64,000 nucleotides of DNA from Monocercomonoides exilis PA203 (GCA_001643675.2 LSRY02000020.1:62001-126000), one strand, 5' to 3'. Positions 25,225 through 40,400 are shown, numbered from the stretch's first letter. The notes: a model not told the origin generated them from the sequence alone. A program made the numbers and translations.

Positions 25225-28045
25225 TCATCTGCAGCTAGTATCTTCATCCATTTTCCCATCAGAACCTTCATCATCCTCTTCACCTTCCCCTTCCCCTTCT
25301 TCATCAGAATAATACACTTCCTCTTCCATTTCATCTTTGAAGAATTTGTCCAGAATCTTCGATGCTTCGTTTCTCACATTTTTGTCCTTCGAATCTGCAA
25401 GTCTACGAATGAGATGCACTGCCCCAGCTCTCTTCAACCGCACACTCACATCGTTCTCTCTTCCTCCACCAAATATCTGCATCGAAGATCCGCTGCTTAT
25501 CACGCTGTCGTCACTCACATTGGCTGTGCAATAAGACATCCCGTACTCGTGGATGTTCTTTTCGTGGGAGAAGCTCTTGTAGTAAAAGAAGTGCTTGCTG
25601 AGATACAAACAAAACCTCAGAAAGCGCAGAGTCTCAAATGTCACTGAGTCATCAAGGTTGTCGTCTAAGAGCAGGCTGGTCCTCTCGATCACTTCCATAA
25701 GCACCAGCTGCATAAAGAAGCGCAGATTCCTCGAAAGAAAACGGAATATCTTAAGCGACTCGATCTGGAAAGAATATGTTGCTTTCCTGATTGAAGAAAG
25801 AATGGTCGACACAACACCTCCTTTTATAAGAAGAAGCTGCGACTATATTGTGTAAGAACAAGATTCATAGGAAAATGATTATTTATTGAAAAAGATAAGA
25901 AGGCAAATAAGCAAAGAAAAAAGAAAAAAAAAAAGCGAAAAAAGCAGCCATACATCACGAGGAGGCGACAAAGCAATATTTGCGCAAATGGTAAGCGCAC
26001 GGCTGACAATGACTTGATGCTCGTGCTTCAGAAGGACACATAGAAAGGGCACTAAATCTGACTTTATCAGAAGCTTTAAAAATCATTTTTAAAATTTCAA
26101 AAAAAAATTATCATCAAAGTCAATGAAAAGAGAATGAAGATGCTCACAAGATAGCAAATAATCTGAATAAAAACAAAGATACTTTTTAAAATGCAATTTC
26201 ACTTCTCTCTCTCTCCCTCTCGTCTTAAAGCTCTTTAATTTTTTCCTCATACATGACACAAGTCAGCAGATGCTCCAGTAACAGCAATCGCAATGCACAA
26301 TGTCAAGTACAAGATGTCATTGTTCGAACTGTTGAGAAGACAAGTGAATGTGCACAGTTTATCCCAATGTGCAATCATCTATTTGGAAAGAGAAAGCCAA
26401 CGGACATGATTGTTCGGCAAGGTCAATCAAACAAAGAATTGTCGAATAGCAACAAACAAGTAACGAAGAATAAACAAAGTGATCAATAACAAAATAAAAT
26501 TATCTATTAAACAAACTCTAACAAGTGGCAAGTTTTTGTATGCAAGGGTTCGAATGAAAAACAGTGCACAATGTGTTATCTGCACATCATTTTTCAGAAT
26601 CTCCTCCATCGCCAGCGGTACACCCACCAGAAGAGGTTCGTAATCATCTATTGTTCTTTCATCGTCATTTTTAGCTGTATCTTCTTCTTCCATTTTTTCA
26701 GTTGTCTGAATTGGTGAAGTGGAGGAGCTTGAGGCAGAAGAAAATGATATACCAGAAGTGGAAGGTTGCTTCTCATTAATTGGTTTTCCCAATTCACTCA
26801 CTTTCTTTTTATTTACCCGAAACAGCTGAGGATACAGCTGATGCAATTTTTGCAACTTCGTATTCTTTATGAAATTTATTTTCTTGTCATTTTGCTTTGT
26901 ACTTCCATCCAATTCTTTTCCGTCTGTTTGCATTTCTATTTCTTTTTCTTTCCTTTGAAACGTCTCGACAAGCAATTTACTGTTAAGTTTGAAATCTTCT
27001 TCTGCTTCTTCTGCTTCACTTTCATCATCATCTTTCTCTGTTCCATCACCATCTTTGCTTTTTGTATTGCTATCTTTTTCTCTCAATCCAATGCACCCCA
27101 AAGATTTGAACCCTTCTGATATGGTGGCATCGGTCAATTGTTTGTTTTCCTTTATTTTCTTCAAATAATCATCGTTGTCATCAGGATCCATTTTTTCATC
27201 AGTCTCTGATTGACAAGTCTGATCTCTTCTTACTGTCACTTTTTCAATCAAATCTATAATATCATCACAAATATTGCTGTGAAGAAGATATTCTCTAACT
27301 TCACTACTATCTTTTGATAGAGTCTGAAGCAAATGCAAAAGCTTTTAAAAAAATATAAATAATAAAAAATTTGTTAATTTTTAACCAAAAATACATAACA
27401 AACAGTAATTCTTACATTTGGATGAGCGCTTCTCAAAATATGAGAATATGCATTTGAACATGACGAATATGCAACTTGATGACCAACATCATGAGTGCTA
27501 ATTGGAACAACTTTAAGAATAATCGTAATAATCAACCAATATATTCATTAAAAAACAATATACCTATATTATTTAAAATCCATAAAACATCATTTTGTAT
27601 TTTTGGAAAGTTGTCCAAAGAAAGTAGATTTGAAAGCTGATCCAGCGGTGAATAAGATAAAAATACACTTATCAAAATTTTTGGTGATTTTTGTTCTAAA
27701 TTAGCACTAAAAATTTGTTTTAAAGTGTTGCATGCGCTCTTTACAATTTCTAAATTTTTATTGAATAAATTTTGAACAAGTTGACCAATCTCTTCATTCT
27801 AGGAAAATATGTAAATTGTAACAAAACAAAAACCGAAGCTAAACAAAAAATTAATATTTAAATCAAACTGTAGGCATTTTAACTTGATTTCTTCGTGTAT
27901 CTTCAAGACGACTTTTTGCTAAAAAATCTTTTCTTACTGTTGAACGCAACGAGAATGACAAATCAAATTTATCCCTACGAATGTTGTCAGATTGAAATTC
28001 TCCATGCATTGCATGGAATCTTTCCATTTTTTTATCGAAGAGCAT
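25225..28045 (-). CDS. Divergent importin-alpha-like ARM-repeat protein, multi-exon
   Basis: N-terminal IBB-like IRRDKFDLSFSLRSTVRKDFLAKSR; ARM-like FPKIQNDVLWILNNI and GAVHLIRRLADSKDKNVRNEASKILDKFF. Confidence 0.6.
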
Positions 28046-28199
28046 ATCTAAACTAGCTTAATATATCTTTTCTTCCTTTTTAGAGTACAAAAATAATTGA
28101 TCAAACACAAAAAAAATAATTAATTGGCCCAATTTTAATAATTGCTATTGTTTTTTCTTCGATTTAAACTTTTGTTTTTGGCTATTTTCGAACAATAAG

Positions 28200-29859
28200 T
28201 TGTTCAGAATTTAGCATTTCGCATTACCCTGGTGTGTCCGTTGCTACAACTTGCGTCTGTTTTCAGTTGCATGAATTTTTCTCGGAAATTATGTTTCTTT
28301 TGCAGATTGAAGAAGCAAGCAAATTACCAATAATATCCCAACGAAAAGATGATTAGAAATATTTTAATAATGAAGCCTTCCGGAATCATTTATTACAAAC
28401 AAGAATTTTTCAAAACATTCCCAAACGTATATATTTTGTGCACTTCTCCTTATTTAAGAATTTTTTAAAAGTCTGCCATGATAGGACAACTGATGGTTGC
28501 TATGCTTGATGCATTTTCACAAGCATTATCAAATTCAATTCCTTTTTATATTGAATTCAAAACCAGTATTTTCCGTTTATTTATTTTGTGTAAAATAATA
28601 CTTTTTTGTTTAAGTGGCTCTGTCTATTTGTCTAAAGGGAAAGCAATTAGCAGTTCTGGTTTTCCACGACCCTTCTGACGTTTGCTATTTTTTCCAATTA
28701 AATGAGAATAAAATATTTTTTCATAATATTGAAACGTTAGGGACCAAGGGTCGGACGTTTTATTGCCTATCAAGTTATGAATTTATTTTGCGAACTGTTC
28801 CCAACTCCTCCAGAAAAAGTGCATCAAGAATTTATCCAAAAGCGCTTACATTCAAAATTATCTGATGTATTCAGAGGAACTAGAAGGGATTTGCTGATTG
28901 AATGTGTGTTAGAATAGTAAATATAAAAAAAAATTGAATACCTTAAATTATTGTTTTGTATTATTAACTATAAATAAGATTTTATTTCGTTTTATATCTT
29001 TCCAATTTTTTTTTGAACTTATCAACAAGTTAACATTAAAATATATTTACATTTGTTCCACTTTTTTCTTTTTCTTTGAATTTTGTTTTAATTATTCAAA
29101 TATGAATTTAATTTTTGAATTTTTTATTGACATTTCCGACTTCTTAAAGTGGCATGGTCCCCTGGTATTCGTCGCTGCTTTCTTCTTCGCAGAATACAGA
29201 TATCTTCGCTTTCCACCTCCTCATCTTCGTCTTTTTCTCTTTCATCAGTTCAATTCAACGAAACAGCAACCAATTCACTAACGATAGAGACAAACTTTGA
29301 TTCGCTTTGGAGAGTTGTCGAAGATGTAAGTATGAATAAGGGTACTTGGTTGATGTTGCTTTCTACAATTTTTGTTTTTCAAGAAAGATTTTTTTGGAGA
29401 AATGATAATTTTTGTAAGCCTTTTATTTTGAAAAAATATTTTATTAAAAGCATTTATGTTCTCAAATATATTTCTCACAACAAAAATTGAATACGCTCAT
29501 TTCTTTCTATTTCTTCATTTGCTTCTTTCGATTTCCATTGCCCAGTGTCTCTCTCTCATCCAGACGAGTACCCTGGCGAGATAATACTCGAAGCAGGTGC
29601 TCATCGCATATTCGTATTCCCTGTGACATTCTCACTGTATTTGGTGGTTGTGACAATCCGCTCTTTTTCTACGATTTTGTCTTCTTCGCGCTCTTCTGCT
29701 TCGTCCATGTCATCTTCTTCGTTCTCTCCTTCATTCTCGTATCAGCAGCACCAGCTGATTCGGTATTTAGTAAATGAACACATCACACAAATTCGAAACG
29801 GTTTGCCACGAAAGTTAAATTGTGTTGAATGTATTTTATTTGGAAATGATCTTGACTAA
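28200..29859 (+). CDS. Hypothetical multi-exon protein with a longin-like N-terminal pattern; boundaries approximate
   Basis: Exon pieces ISHYPGVSVATT / MIGQLMVAMLDAFSQ..PFYIEFK / VYLSKGKQLAVLVFHDPSD-GPRVGRFIAYQVMNLFCELF separated by AT-rich introns; further exons near 29149-29326 and 29545-29800. Confidence 0.45.
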
Positions 29860-31468
29860 GGAAGAAATTAAAGAAAGTCATTCATTCATTCATTCATTCC
29901 TTTTTATTTTTTGAACTTATTATTCTTTTTATTTATGATGTTTTGATTGATTATCTATGCTTTCAATCATAAAAATACTTTTCACATCTATTTCAGTCTG
30001 TGGAATGATTGACCATGTAGAATAAGCTTTATTTGTTGATATTTTTCCTCTGAGAATCAAAAAACATGTTTCAGTGCGAGTAAAGAAGGGAGCATCAAAT
30101 GCGATTCTCCTTTTTTTTATGTTATCATCAAATCATTTCACAAAGCATCATTTCATTTCACATCACCATTTTTCGATTTTCATTTGTTGTTAGTGTGTTA
30201 TTCTGATTTCAAAAAATATGTTTTATGTGAATAATTTTGTGTGCATTAATTTATTTGTTTTGGTGAAAAAATAAAGAAAAAGAGAAAAAAAAATTTTTTT
30301 TCTTTCTAAATGGTAATTTTTGTTTTAACATATGAGAATTTTAAAAATTAAAAGAAGAATATCTATCAAAGTCGAGAAAGAACAATGAAAATAAAATTAA
30401 CTAAAAATACAGCATTAAAATAAAAAAATACGGAGTTGGTGCGTCAAAGCAAATAAAACAAAAAATGAGGCAGACAACATTCCATAAAAGGTGATTTATA
30501 TGAATCTGCTGGAAGCACTAAAACAACACAAATAAATGACTAAGATGAAAACAAAAAAATTACTCAAAATAAAGAAAACAGTTTTTAATATCGATAAATA
30601 AGCACATGTTAAGAATTATATGATTCATTTAGTGTATACAAACTGAGCAACATAAGTGAAACGATTAAATATCAGATAACTACAGACACAAATAAAATAG
30701 CTGAAAAGATGAACGAATTTGCGAATAAAAACGTTAAAAATATCAGCGAAATGAAAGCAAATAAAGACGTAGACAAATCGTTCACAAGAAAAGTGGATAT
30801 ATATACAGATATTAATTTGATATCGAGGTATGCAAATAAAACGATAAAAAAAGGTGTAATCGGATCATCTTATGAACTGAAATGGGGAATGAAATGATGG
30901 CTTCCAATAGCATTTCGATAGAATGAAAGCAAAAACGATAATAAAATTCATTCACACAGAAATGAATGAAAACAAAGCAAAATGAATAAAAGGCAATGCA
31001 ACATGTTGCATAAGCACAGATAAGGTCTGCTCTAAATGAAATGAATTTGGTCATTTTCGAACAGATTGGCAGCTTCATCCTCATAAAAAACGAATCACGA
31101 AGGAAACAAAAAAGATAAAAAAGCATAAGGAAAGGACTCTGGGACCAAATGATATGATTTTGAATAATGTAAAATTTGCACTTACACATTCGTTTTTTTT
31201 CTGTTGGACATTGAAGCATACATAAATGTGATGTGTAACTAACTTTCTAAGGATCAAATTCTTTGGCTCCTTTTAACTTTTCAGGTTCATCTTTCTTTTC
31301 TCTCTTTCTCTCTTTCTCTCTTTCTCTCTTCCTCTCTTCCTCTCTTCCTCTCTTCCTCTCTTCCTCTCTTTCAATGCAATTTGCTTCTTTTCTTTTCTTT
31401 CTTTCTTTCTTTTTTTTTGCACAAGCACCTCCTATCTCATCAGAGCCAATCTGTGCTCAGCCAGACAT

Positions 31469-34400
31469 TCAAGGCACTTTTATCATCAGCGCAAACTCGT
31501 CGATGACCTTCTGGAGGATAGTTCTGTCCTGAAGCGACGCATTGTCCGAGTTCAGATACTGCACATACGACCTCGGCAGCACTGGATTGCCCAGGATGTT
31601 CTCCTTCTCCATCTCCACATCAGTCATCTTCCCGCCCAGCAGCACCGCCATTTCTCTGTCTGTCTTCTTCACATGCTCGCTTATCCACATCGCAATCAGT
31701 TGCAAAACACCATTCACATGCTGCGACGTCAGTGCCTTCCCCTTCCGCACTGTCGCCACCATCTGCAGCGATGCCACAAGCATCTTCTTGATCAGCTGCG
31801 CATGCACCTCAAAGTGCGGGATGCGGTGGCTCGACGGAATGCGATGCTTGATCATCAGCGTCTCTTCGTCGTAGAACATTGCAAAAGAGGCAATCAGGAA
31901 TCTCCTCATCACTTTGAAGTATGGATGCTCCAGCTGGTTCGTTCCATCAGGAAGAAGACGATAGAGCGCCTTTGTGCGCTTCACTTTCTTCTTCACCAGC
32001 ACTCCTCTCTCGTCATACACCTCCTCCTCTTCATGGGCATTCTTGTCGATCAGCTCACCCTTCTCGTTTGCTCTGCCTGCTCTGATGTCGTCTTCAAGCA
32101 AGATGTCCTTCCACTCTGCCAGTTGCGCCACTTCCTGCTTCACATCCATCGTCTGATCAATCGCGCCACACATTTCAGCTGCTAGCAGTGCAACAATGTG
32201 ATGCTCATAGTCAAGTCGATGCATATCCACAAGACACCCATCGTCCCATGCAGCTGTTCCCATCGCGGATTTCTCCTCTTCTCCATCGTGGATTGGATTG
32301 AGGTCGGTTATTTTGTTTGACACCAGTGCCACGTGGAAGAGGTCAGAGCGAGAAGGAATGAAGCACGCGAAATAGCCAATAGACGATGCCACAATCGATG
32401 CAACGAAGAGGAGAATGAGAAGTGTCTCGTACAACTTCGTCACTCTGTCCTGCTCCAAGACAAGAAGACGATTAAACTCCAGCAAACCATCACTCAGATC
32501 AAATATCATTGCAGAGTTCATAAACTGCACAGCCGAAGACTCCATCGTAATCAGCGAAGGATCCATGTCCTTCCCCAGCGTCTGGGCGCGTGTCACAAAC
32601 ATCGTAATCAGCGGATCGAGCCCAGCAAAGGAGCCATACAGATCATAAATGTTGTTCTTTCCAGTGCACTGCGATTTGTCTGCCTTGAAGCAGCTCGTGT
32701 TCTCAAACATCAGTTTGTTCAGTGCAGAGCCTGGGTTGACTGTGCGGATTGCATCAAGCGCCTCTATTTCATCATCGCCTGTAATAATCAAGTTGCCGTC
32801 GTTATCTTTGTTGCCCATGGTTACTTTCTGGTTCAGCTGGATAAGAAATTCTATTCCATCGAGCAGCAGATTCTGTTGTGTGGTGAGTGACGTGTTCAGA
32901 TAGCTCATGTTGGTCACAATAGGATTGGTGGAACCTGTAATCTCAAAGATCGTTGGCGGGTCTGCAGCAAACGGGGCAGCAAGGTTAATGGAGAAGAAGG
33001 TCAGAAAGTTCATGATGAAGGCACGGTACATCGAAAGGAACACATTTCCCATCATTTCAGTCGCCTTCTGGTTGGCAAACACACAAATCACAAAGAATGC
33101 AACAGGAAGGAGTGTAATCAGCACAAAGCCAAATCCAATGCGGAAGTAGAATGTCATCCGAACAGGCGAGCCCATCGTGTTTATCTGCTCATGTAGCTCT
33201 TCCAGCTTTTCCTGTTCTTTCTCATTCAGCCTTTGCTCTTCGTCTGCCTGCTTGGAATCGCCATTCGCAGCAGCTTGTGGTGCAAGTGGCGTCATCATCG
33301 GAGAAGGTGTCTTTTGTGGTGCCTGAGAGCCAGGTTGTGGGGAAGCTGAAGGAGATATGAATCCGTTGTGGCCATACGATGTCTGCGATCCATTTGTCTG
33401 TGGAGGAGAGACAGTGCCACTGGGAGACACTCCAAACGGGGACTGTTGGTAGAAGAAGCCGTCAAACTGCGACGAAGGCGTGGCGAAGGAGGACGAGTTC
33501 TGCGAGGCCATCTGCTGCGCCTGCTGGGCAAACGAGGGCGAGGTGGTTGCCTGCGGCGGGGGAGTCCAGCCGAGCTGGTGAGCAAGCTGGGCAAACGCAC
33601 TCAGCTGCATCTGGCTGGCCAGAAAGTCCGAGGCAAAGGGGCTGCCTGGATTGTGCATGTATGGCTGCGGGGGATAGGCCTGTGTGGGTATCATCTGGTA
33701 GTGATTCTGGAAGTTGAGCTGAGGGTGGAAGAGGTTCGGAACAGGAGTGTTGCGGTCGTGGCTCTGATCGTATTCAATGCGCGAGTTCCAGGAAGGTGTG
33801 TCTGTGTAGATGCTGTCTGCTGTCTGGAAGCGATGAGAGGGCGGATAATCTGAATGGGGCTGCGCAAATGACTGTGTGCGGTGCTGCTGTGGTGGATGAG
33901 GCGAGTGTCTGCTCTGCTTGCGAGATGAGAGGGAAGTGCGGGACTCGTGTGGTGAGAGATGCCATGTGGACTGCGACTGCACTTTGTTCAGAGGATGTTT
34001 AGCGTTGCTCTGTTGTTGCTGCTGTTGCTCGCTCGTCTGCAGCTCGTTGAAGTGCTTCCGGCTGAAGTGATGGTGAAGCTCCTTATCAGACTCACTTGGC
34101 TGCGTCTCTGCTCTGTGGATCTGCTTCTGTCTGTGTGACTTCGTTCGATGAATTTGCTGAGGTGGTGGCTGTGGAGCCTGCTCTTCTTGTTGGGCGGGTG
34201 GATGTGGGCTCTCTCTGTGTAGAGTGGATGGACTGCCTTCATCGAACATCTCGTGTTCTTTGCTTTGCACAGCCTGTTGAGAGAGATGGGTGGGTGTAGA
34301 TGGCGAGGGAGAGAGACCAGTGCTGCGTCCATATCCATCGGAGGAGGCGTCAGTCTGCAGAAGAGGTGATGCAGGCTCAGCAAATGAACTGATCGGCGAT

Positions 34401-37400
34401 TCTTGTTTGAGAGAGGCCTCGCTAATGTGTGGTGTTGAATGGGAAATGCGTTCGACGTCAGACTCCAACTCGTCAGAGATCACCAAAATTGCCTCTTTTG
34501 ACTGGTTGTGTTGTGGCATAAGAGACGATGAGTCAGTCTGGTTATCAAGAGAACCACCTGAAGTCAAAGGAACAGGAGAAAGAGGTGAAGAAGAGGAAGA
34601 GGAAGAGGATGATGAAGATGATGAGGAAGAAGAATAGGAAGAAGAAGAGGAAGATAAAGGAGAAGGTGATGAAACAGAAGCTGTAATAGGAGACGATGAA
34701 GACAACAAATGTGACGATCCTTGTAATTCAGGTGTGTTTGGCGTGTCAGTCACTTGCTGTTGAACTGCCCCCACATTTGATGCCTCTGCTTCCTTATTAG
34801 CATTCTGAATGGACGCAGCAACAGATTGAATGCAAGGCGCAACAGTCGCACTAATGATGGTCTCGCTCAGCATCGTGTCATTTGGAGATATGGTTGATGA
34901 TGTCACAGCTGTTGTGGCTGAGCCAATTGATTGCTGACTCTGCGACGACCTGATCTGGATGATTTCATGTATCGTGGCTGACTGGTTGGGCAGGATGGTT
35001 CCTTTCAGCTCTTCATGGTCTTCTTCTTCCTCATCCTCTTCTTTCATCTCAATCCGCTCTGACTTCTTCAGCCCACTCGTCCCAACATTCGCACTCTCTT
35101 TTGCTGCCACCGCTGCTGCAGCTGTTCTGTCACCTGCATCTTTTCTTTTCCTCATCGAATTCTTGTGGCTCAGAATGAGCTTGCTGTCTGACTGGGCTGC
35201 TTTTATCTGCTCCTGAGCTGCCACAAGCGCTTCCATCCTCTTCCTCTCCTCGTTCCCATCTGCTTCTTCCACTCCATTCGCATACGGCGGCTCTGCAATA
35301 TTCAGTTGTGCTACATCTTTCGATCTCAGCTGTTCTGTGTGTCTGCGGTTGACAGATGCGTTTGGATCATATTCTTCTCCCAAATTGTGTTCATACTGCT
35401 CAATATCTTCAGTCATCACTTGCTCCTCTTTTGTCTGCGGAGGCTTCACCAGCTGCGGCAGCTTGGTTTTCGACTGCGCTTCGCTCTTCGAAATGCGGAA
35501 GGAATGTCTGCTACGCGGCGTCCGCTTTGGTTTCTGCAGACGTGGCAATTGCTTTCTTGATGTCTGATGTGACTGGCTCTGCAGCTTCGGAGAGAGTTGA
35601 AGCTGATACGTCGACTGCGAATGTGCCTGAGAGCGTGTGGTGAGGTTGATCGACTGCAGCACAGCTTGTGACTGAGAACTCTGCATCGACGATACACGCT
35701 TCAGCTTGCTGGACGACACATTGCCAATCGTCTTGTACCGATTGTGCGCCACTTGCAGCGCTTTTTTACTGCCAAAGCCGTCTTCACCGGTTGGCGGGTT
35801 GTCAAACAGCATCTCGTTTTCTGAGTCCATCGACATATCTGAACTCGAACGCTGCGTCGTTCGCTCGTATTCTGCTCTTGATTGTGAATGGACCATTCTT
35901 CTTTCGCTCTTCCCATCTCTGTCGTCCACTCCTCCTCCTCCTCCTCCTCCCCCAACTCCTCCATATGTCTTCACATCCAGCGAGTCCAGCACAGCCACTG
36001 CAGTGGGCGACTCAATGCTCGCTCGCGAGGCTGTTGTGGACGACTGGAACATTGCTGCGTCTTCAGGCTCCATCTGATTCTCTGCATCGTCCAGCCGCTT
36101 CTTCAGCTGCAGGATCTGCTCCTTCGGCACGCGGCACAAGTCAAACATGACAGCCTTCCTCTCCTTCTTCAGCTTGGCGATGGTAACAATGTACTGAAGC
36201 AGTTGGATGATGATTGTGATGACCAGCAGCGTCATACCAATAGACACCGACAGAATTGTCATTTGATTGCCGCTCTTCAGCGTGAGGGACGAGTAGAACA
36301 AGGTTGCTGCCTTCAGCTTCTCAGACACAGTGACTGGGATGTTGGCAGAGATGTATGCCATGCTGTTCTGAGAGGAAGAGGAGGCATATGTGAAGGAGCG
36401 TGCCATGTCGTGAAGTGTGTTCGAGATGCTGGAGACTAAGTCAATCATCGACACATTCGTCTGCCAGAATGCCTTGTATGTTGCATCCGGTCGCATAAAG
36501 CTTATTGTCTGCTTCATTGTATCCAGCTCCCACTGCTCAAACTGTACTGTCTGCGACGACTGTGCGTAGATATCATCGAGCAGCTTGCTGACTGTCCTCT
36601 GCTCTTCCGACAGCAGAGCATCGATGTTTCTGTGTGTCGGCATCCACCCCAGAAGAGACTGGTCAACAGCGCCGCTTTCGATCGTGGCGATGTATCTGGA
36701 GTAGAGCATGATGGTGGCGAAGGACAGCATCATCTGCGTGCCCTTGTTGATAATGTTGACTGTTGCCTTCGACTCGCTGAATTGCATCGTCGTCAGCACA
36801 AACCCGATAATGAGCGCAACCATAAACATCGTCATGCACAGTGCTAAAAGAGGGTAGAAAAGGGGAAGAAGCTTCTTCTGCTTCATCGAAATGTTCAATG
36901 TATCCACTGCACTTCCACCTGTGCCACTTGCACTGCCTGGCCCAGAACCAATCGAGTTGCGCATGGCCTTCGCCCGCTTCGCGCGTTTCTTCTTCTCAAG
37001 CTGCAACTTCTTCTTCTGCATCTGCTTGACCACATCCACGTTGTCTGTCAGTGCAACAGACGGATCAATATTTCTCCCTCTGAACGATGTTGATGATCTG
37101 CTCATGACACTCATCGTCTCAGGCACAGGATGTCTCACCGGAGCAAGCGAAGCAGTCGATGCGGTGTTCGCAATAGGCATCGTTCCAAGTGCAGTTGTCG
37201 AGGGGAAGTTCGAACTCAGGCCCAACAAACTGGGTGTTGTGTTGTAGTTGTCAGAGAAGCCCTTCTCTCTCGTCAGCCCTGTCACTCCTCCTCCCATTCC
37301 ACCCCATCCCCATCCGCCGACTCCTTCCAGCTGCACCATGCTCTCCTGCCCCATCCCCGTCTGCCCAAATGTGAATGTATCATCCAGTGTAGTTGATTGT

Positions 37401-40400
37401 GTGTATGTCAGCATCGATGCCTCGTCTTCAATAGCATTCGCCTGCATAAACAGAAGTGTTGCTGTCTCATCGTCTCTAAAGATGTCTCTAAGTAATGTTC
37501 CATACGCCCTCAGCACCTGCGTCGACTGCGGATTGGAGATGAGCAGCGAGTTGAACTCGGCGTTGGCTTCTTCCTCGTTCTGGATGGCCTTCTCAATCGT
37601 CATCGCTATTTTAGGCAGATCTAATCGCTCTTTTGACAAGAGCAGATACGCCTGCTGAAGATAAGCACGTGCCAAGTCAACACCTTTTGAGGCTCTGTCG
37701 AAACGCTGTTTGAACTGAAGAGAGAGAGAAGCATTGGGTGAGGATGAGGCTGATGGAAGATAGAGAATAAATAATAAATCAAAACATATGAGAAGGATAT
37801 AATACATATGAATATTGTTATTATTTATAAAGAAAAATATCATCTCATTAACCAACAAACATAACAGCAGTGTATAATTAAATTCTCCAATAAAAATGAA
37901 CACTCTCGTCAACCACACACACCTCCTCTTGTTCTCTGTGCCTTCCTCTCGACGTCTCTCAGCAGGCAGAACATGACAAATCTCTCGTGGATGGACGGAA
38001 TGCACTGCCGCAGAAACTGAATGGCCTGCATAAACTTCATCGTGCTCTCTGTGAAACTCATGTGGAAGATGCAGCAGCTCAGCCAGAGCGGCGACGAGTT
38101 GCGGAATTTCTTCACGCCATAGCTCAAAATGTTGTCGGCGAGGTCGATGCATTCAGGGCTCTTGGCAAAAGAAGAGTGAGAAAGAAAGCGGATGGCGTGG
38201 ATGACAGCTGTGGGCGAGGAGTACTTGGGGAGGACGCGAGGTGAGGAGGGAGATAACTGTGAGGCTAAGGTAGCAATAGAAGAGGAGGATGAGGAGGAAG
38301 CAGATGAAGAGGAAGAGGAAGAAGAAGATGAGGAAGAATTACTCGCGCCAGGTTGATTTTGCGGCAGCGGGAAGAAGAGCAGTGGAGTTGGTGGGTTAGC
38401 AATTGTTGGGGTTGTGGTGAATCTGGCAGAAGGGTGTTCTCCGAGAGGAGAATGATGGATGGGCTGGTGGATGGAGCTGACTGTTGGGAGCAGCTGTCTC
38501 GAAGGGGAAGCAGACATCGCCAGACGGGAGGAAGGGAAAGATGTGGATGAGACAGGGCGCAGCTGGTCAGCAGAGAAGCAGTTTGGGACAGGAGTTGAGC
38601 TCTGCATTGAGTGCATGCCAATCGGAGAGAGCACACTCGGCGCAGGAGAGACAACAGGTGAGGAAGATCCCACAGCCATGCTGTTATTATTGTTACTGTT
38701 GTTATTGTAATAAGAACTGTTGTTGTTGCTGTTGTGATTGCGAGCGCTCTGAATGGGTGAGCCAGACGTCCTTCTCGCCAGCAGCGGCACATTCGATCCC
38801 CACGCCTCGCTCGGTGCCTTCATCCCAATTGCACCTTGTTTCTGTCCGTCGCTGTTACCCTCTGCCTTCCTCTGTGCCTCACTCACAGCAGCTGAGTGTG
38901 TTGAGTGTGTGGAGCGTGTGGAGCGGGGCGTCCTCACCAGCTGAAGGGGCATGCTGTCTGCAGGCGCCAGAGGTACTGGGGTGTGTGCGGGGGAGATGCG
39001 CTGTGCTGAGTCCAAAGGCGAATGGGCAGGCGAAACATCATTCGGAGTGCTTAAGGGAAGCACATTTGTCAGCACTTCGTCTTCGTCTATCGCTGCAACC
39101 TCTGCATTCTCATCTCCTTCATCAGCTTCTCTGCTTCTGTCTGACTTCAGCTTTTGTTCTTCTTCTCCTTCTCCTCCTTCGTGTCCTTCATGAATATCAT
39201 GCACTTCATGCACTTCATTACCATCACTTTCTTCTTCATGTTGATGTTCTTCTGGTTCTTCATGCTCTTCCTCCTCCATCTCATCTTCCCCAACTCCCTC
39301 TGCCATTGCCTCATCGTCCTCTTCTCCCATCGTCTCCTGCCCATTCCCTTGTTCCTTTGCCAACTCATCTTCACTTCCCTTCATCATCCTCGTTGATGAC
39401 GTGGCTGAAGATGAATGTGATGTTGGCAGAGGTCCCTGGAAACCATGTTCCTGAAAGTTGTCTTGTGACAGCTTCAGAGGAGAGCGGTGGGAAGGAAGCG
39501 CAAGATTGATCTTGTCTAGCTGATCGGGCTGATTGGACTGTACTGTCACTTCATTCGCTGACTGTATCGAAAGCGAAGATGAAGAGGAGGAAGTCGAAGT
39601 GACTGGAGAAGAAGAAGAAGAAGATGTGTTTGTGGAGGCAGAGCCAGCGGTAGTTGTCTGAAAAGCAGAGAGAGAAGCAGTCTGTTGCATTTGAGGCGAC
39701 GCCATGACCGCAGGGCTGACGACAGGCAGAGCGAACTGAGTGGCCTTCAGATTGGGTGTGGTGGGGGTGGCTGACTGGGCAGTGGGGGTGGGGGAGATGG
39801 TGATTTGGATGGGGGGCATTATAGGGGAAGGGGGGAAGGGCTCGGTGGGTGTGAGAGACTGGACGAGGGGGGAGTTCTGGGAAGAAGGAGAGCAGGGGCT
39901 GTGGAAGTGGGGGGAGGTTCCGCCTTGTTGCATCGAAGGAAAGAGAGAGTTGGAGAAGGAAGAGAAGGCAAGAGAGGAGGAGGAGCACGACTGGCTCATC
40001 TGCTGTGACTGCATTTGCTGTTGCTGTTGTATCTGAAGGTGTCTGGCTGATTTGAATGGAGTGGAAGACGCTCGGATGTCTACAAGATGTGAAAGGGGAC
40101 GGAATTGGCGAGCGGATTTCGATGGGACTGAAAATATAAATTATCATTAAAAAAAATCAATGAAACCATTATTTTATTTCAAAATAAAGCTTTTCGTTAT
40201 TTCTTTAAAAACAAGAATAATAAATATTCCTGATTATTTTTCTTTCATTCTCTTTTCCCCCAGCCACACACCCATCATCTGCTCAATGTTTCCCTCGTCT
40301 CTTCTTCCCGACAAAATCAACATCTCTTTCTCTTTCATCTGCTGCTGCCCAGGTGCAAGTGGAATTGTTTCCTCTCCCTTCTTCATTGCCCACTCTGAAT

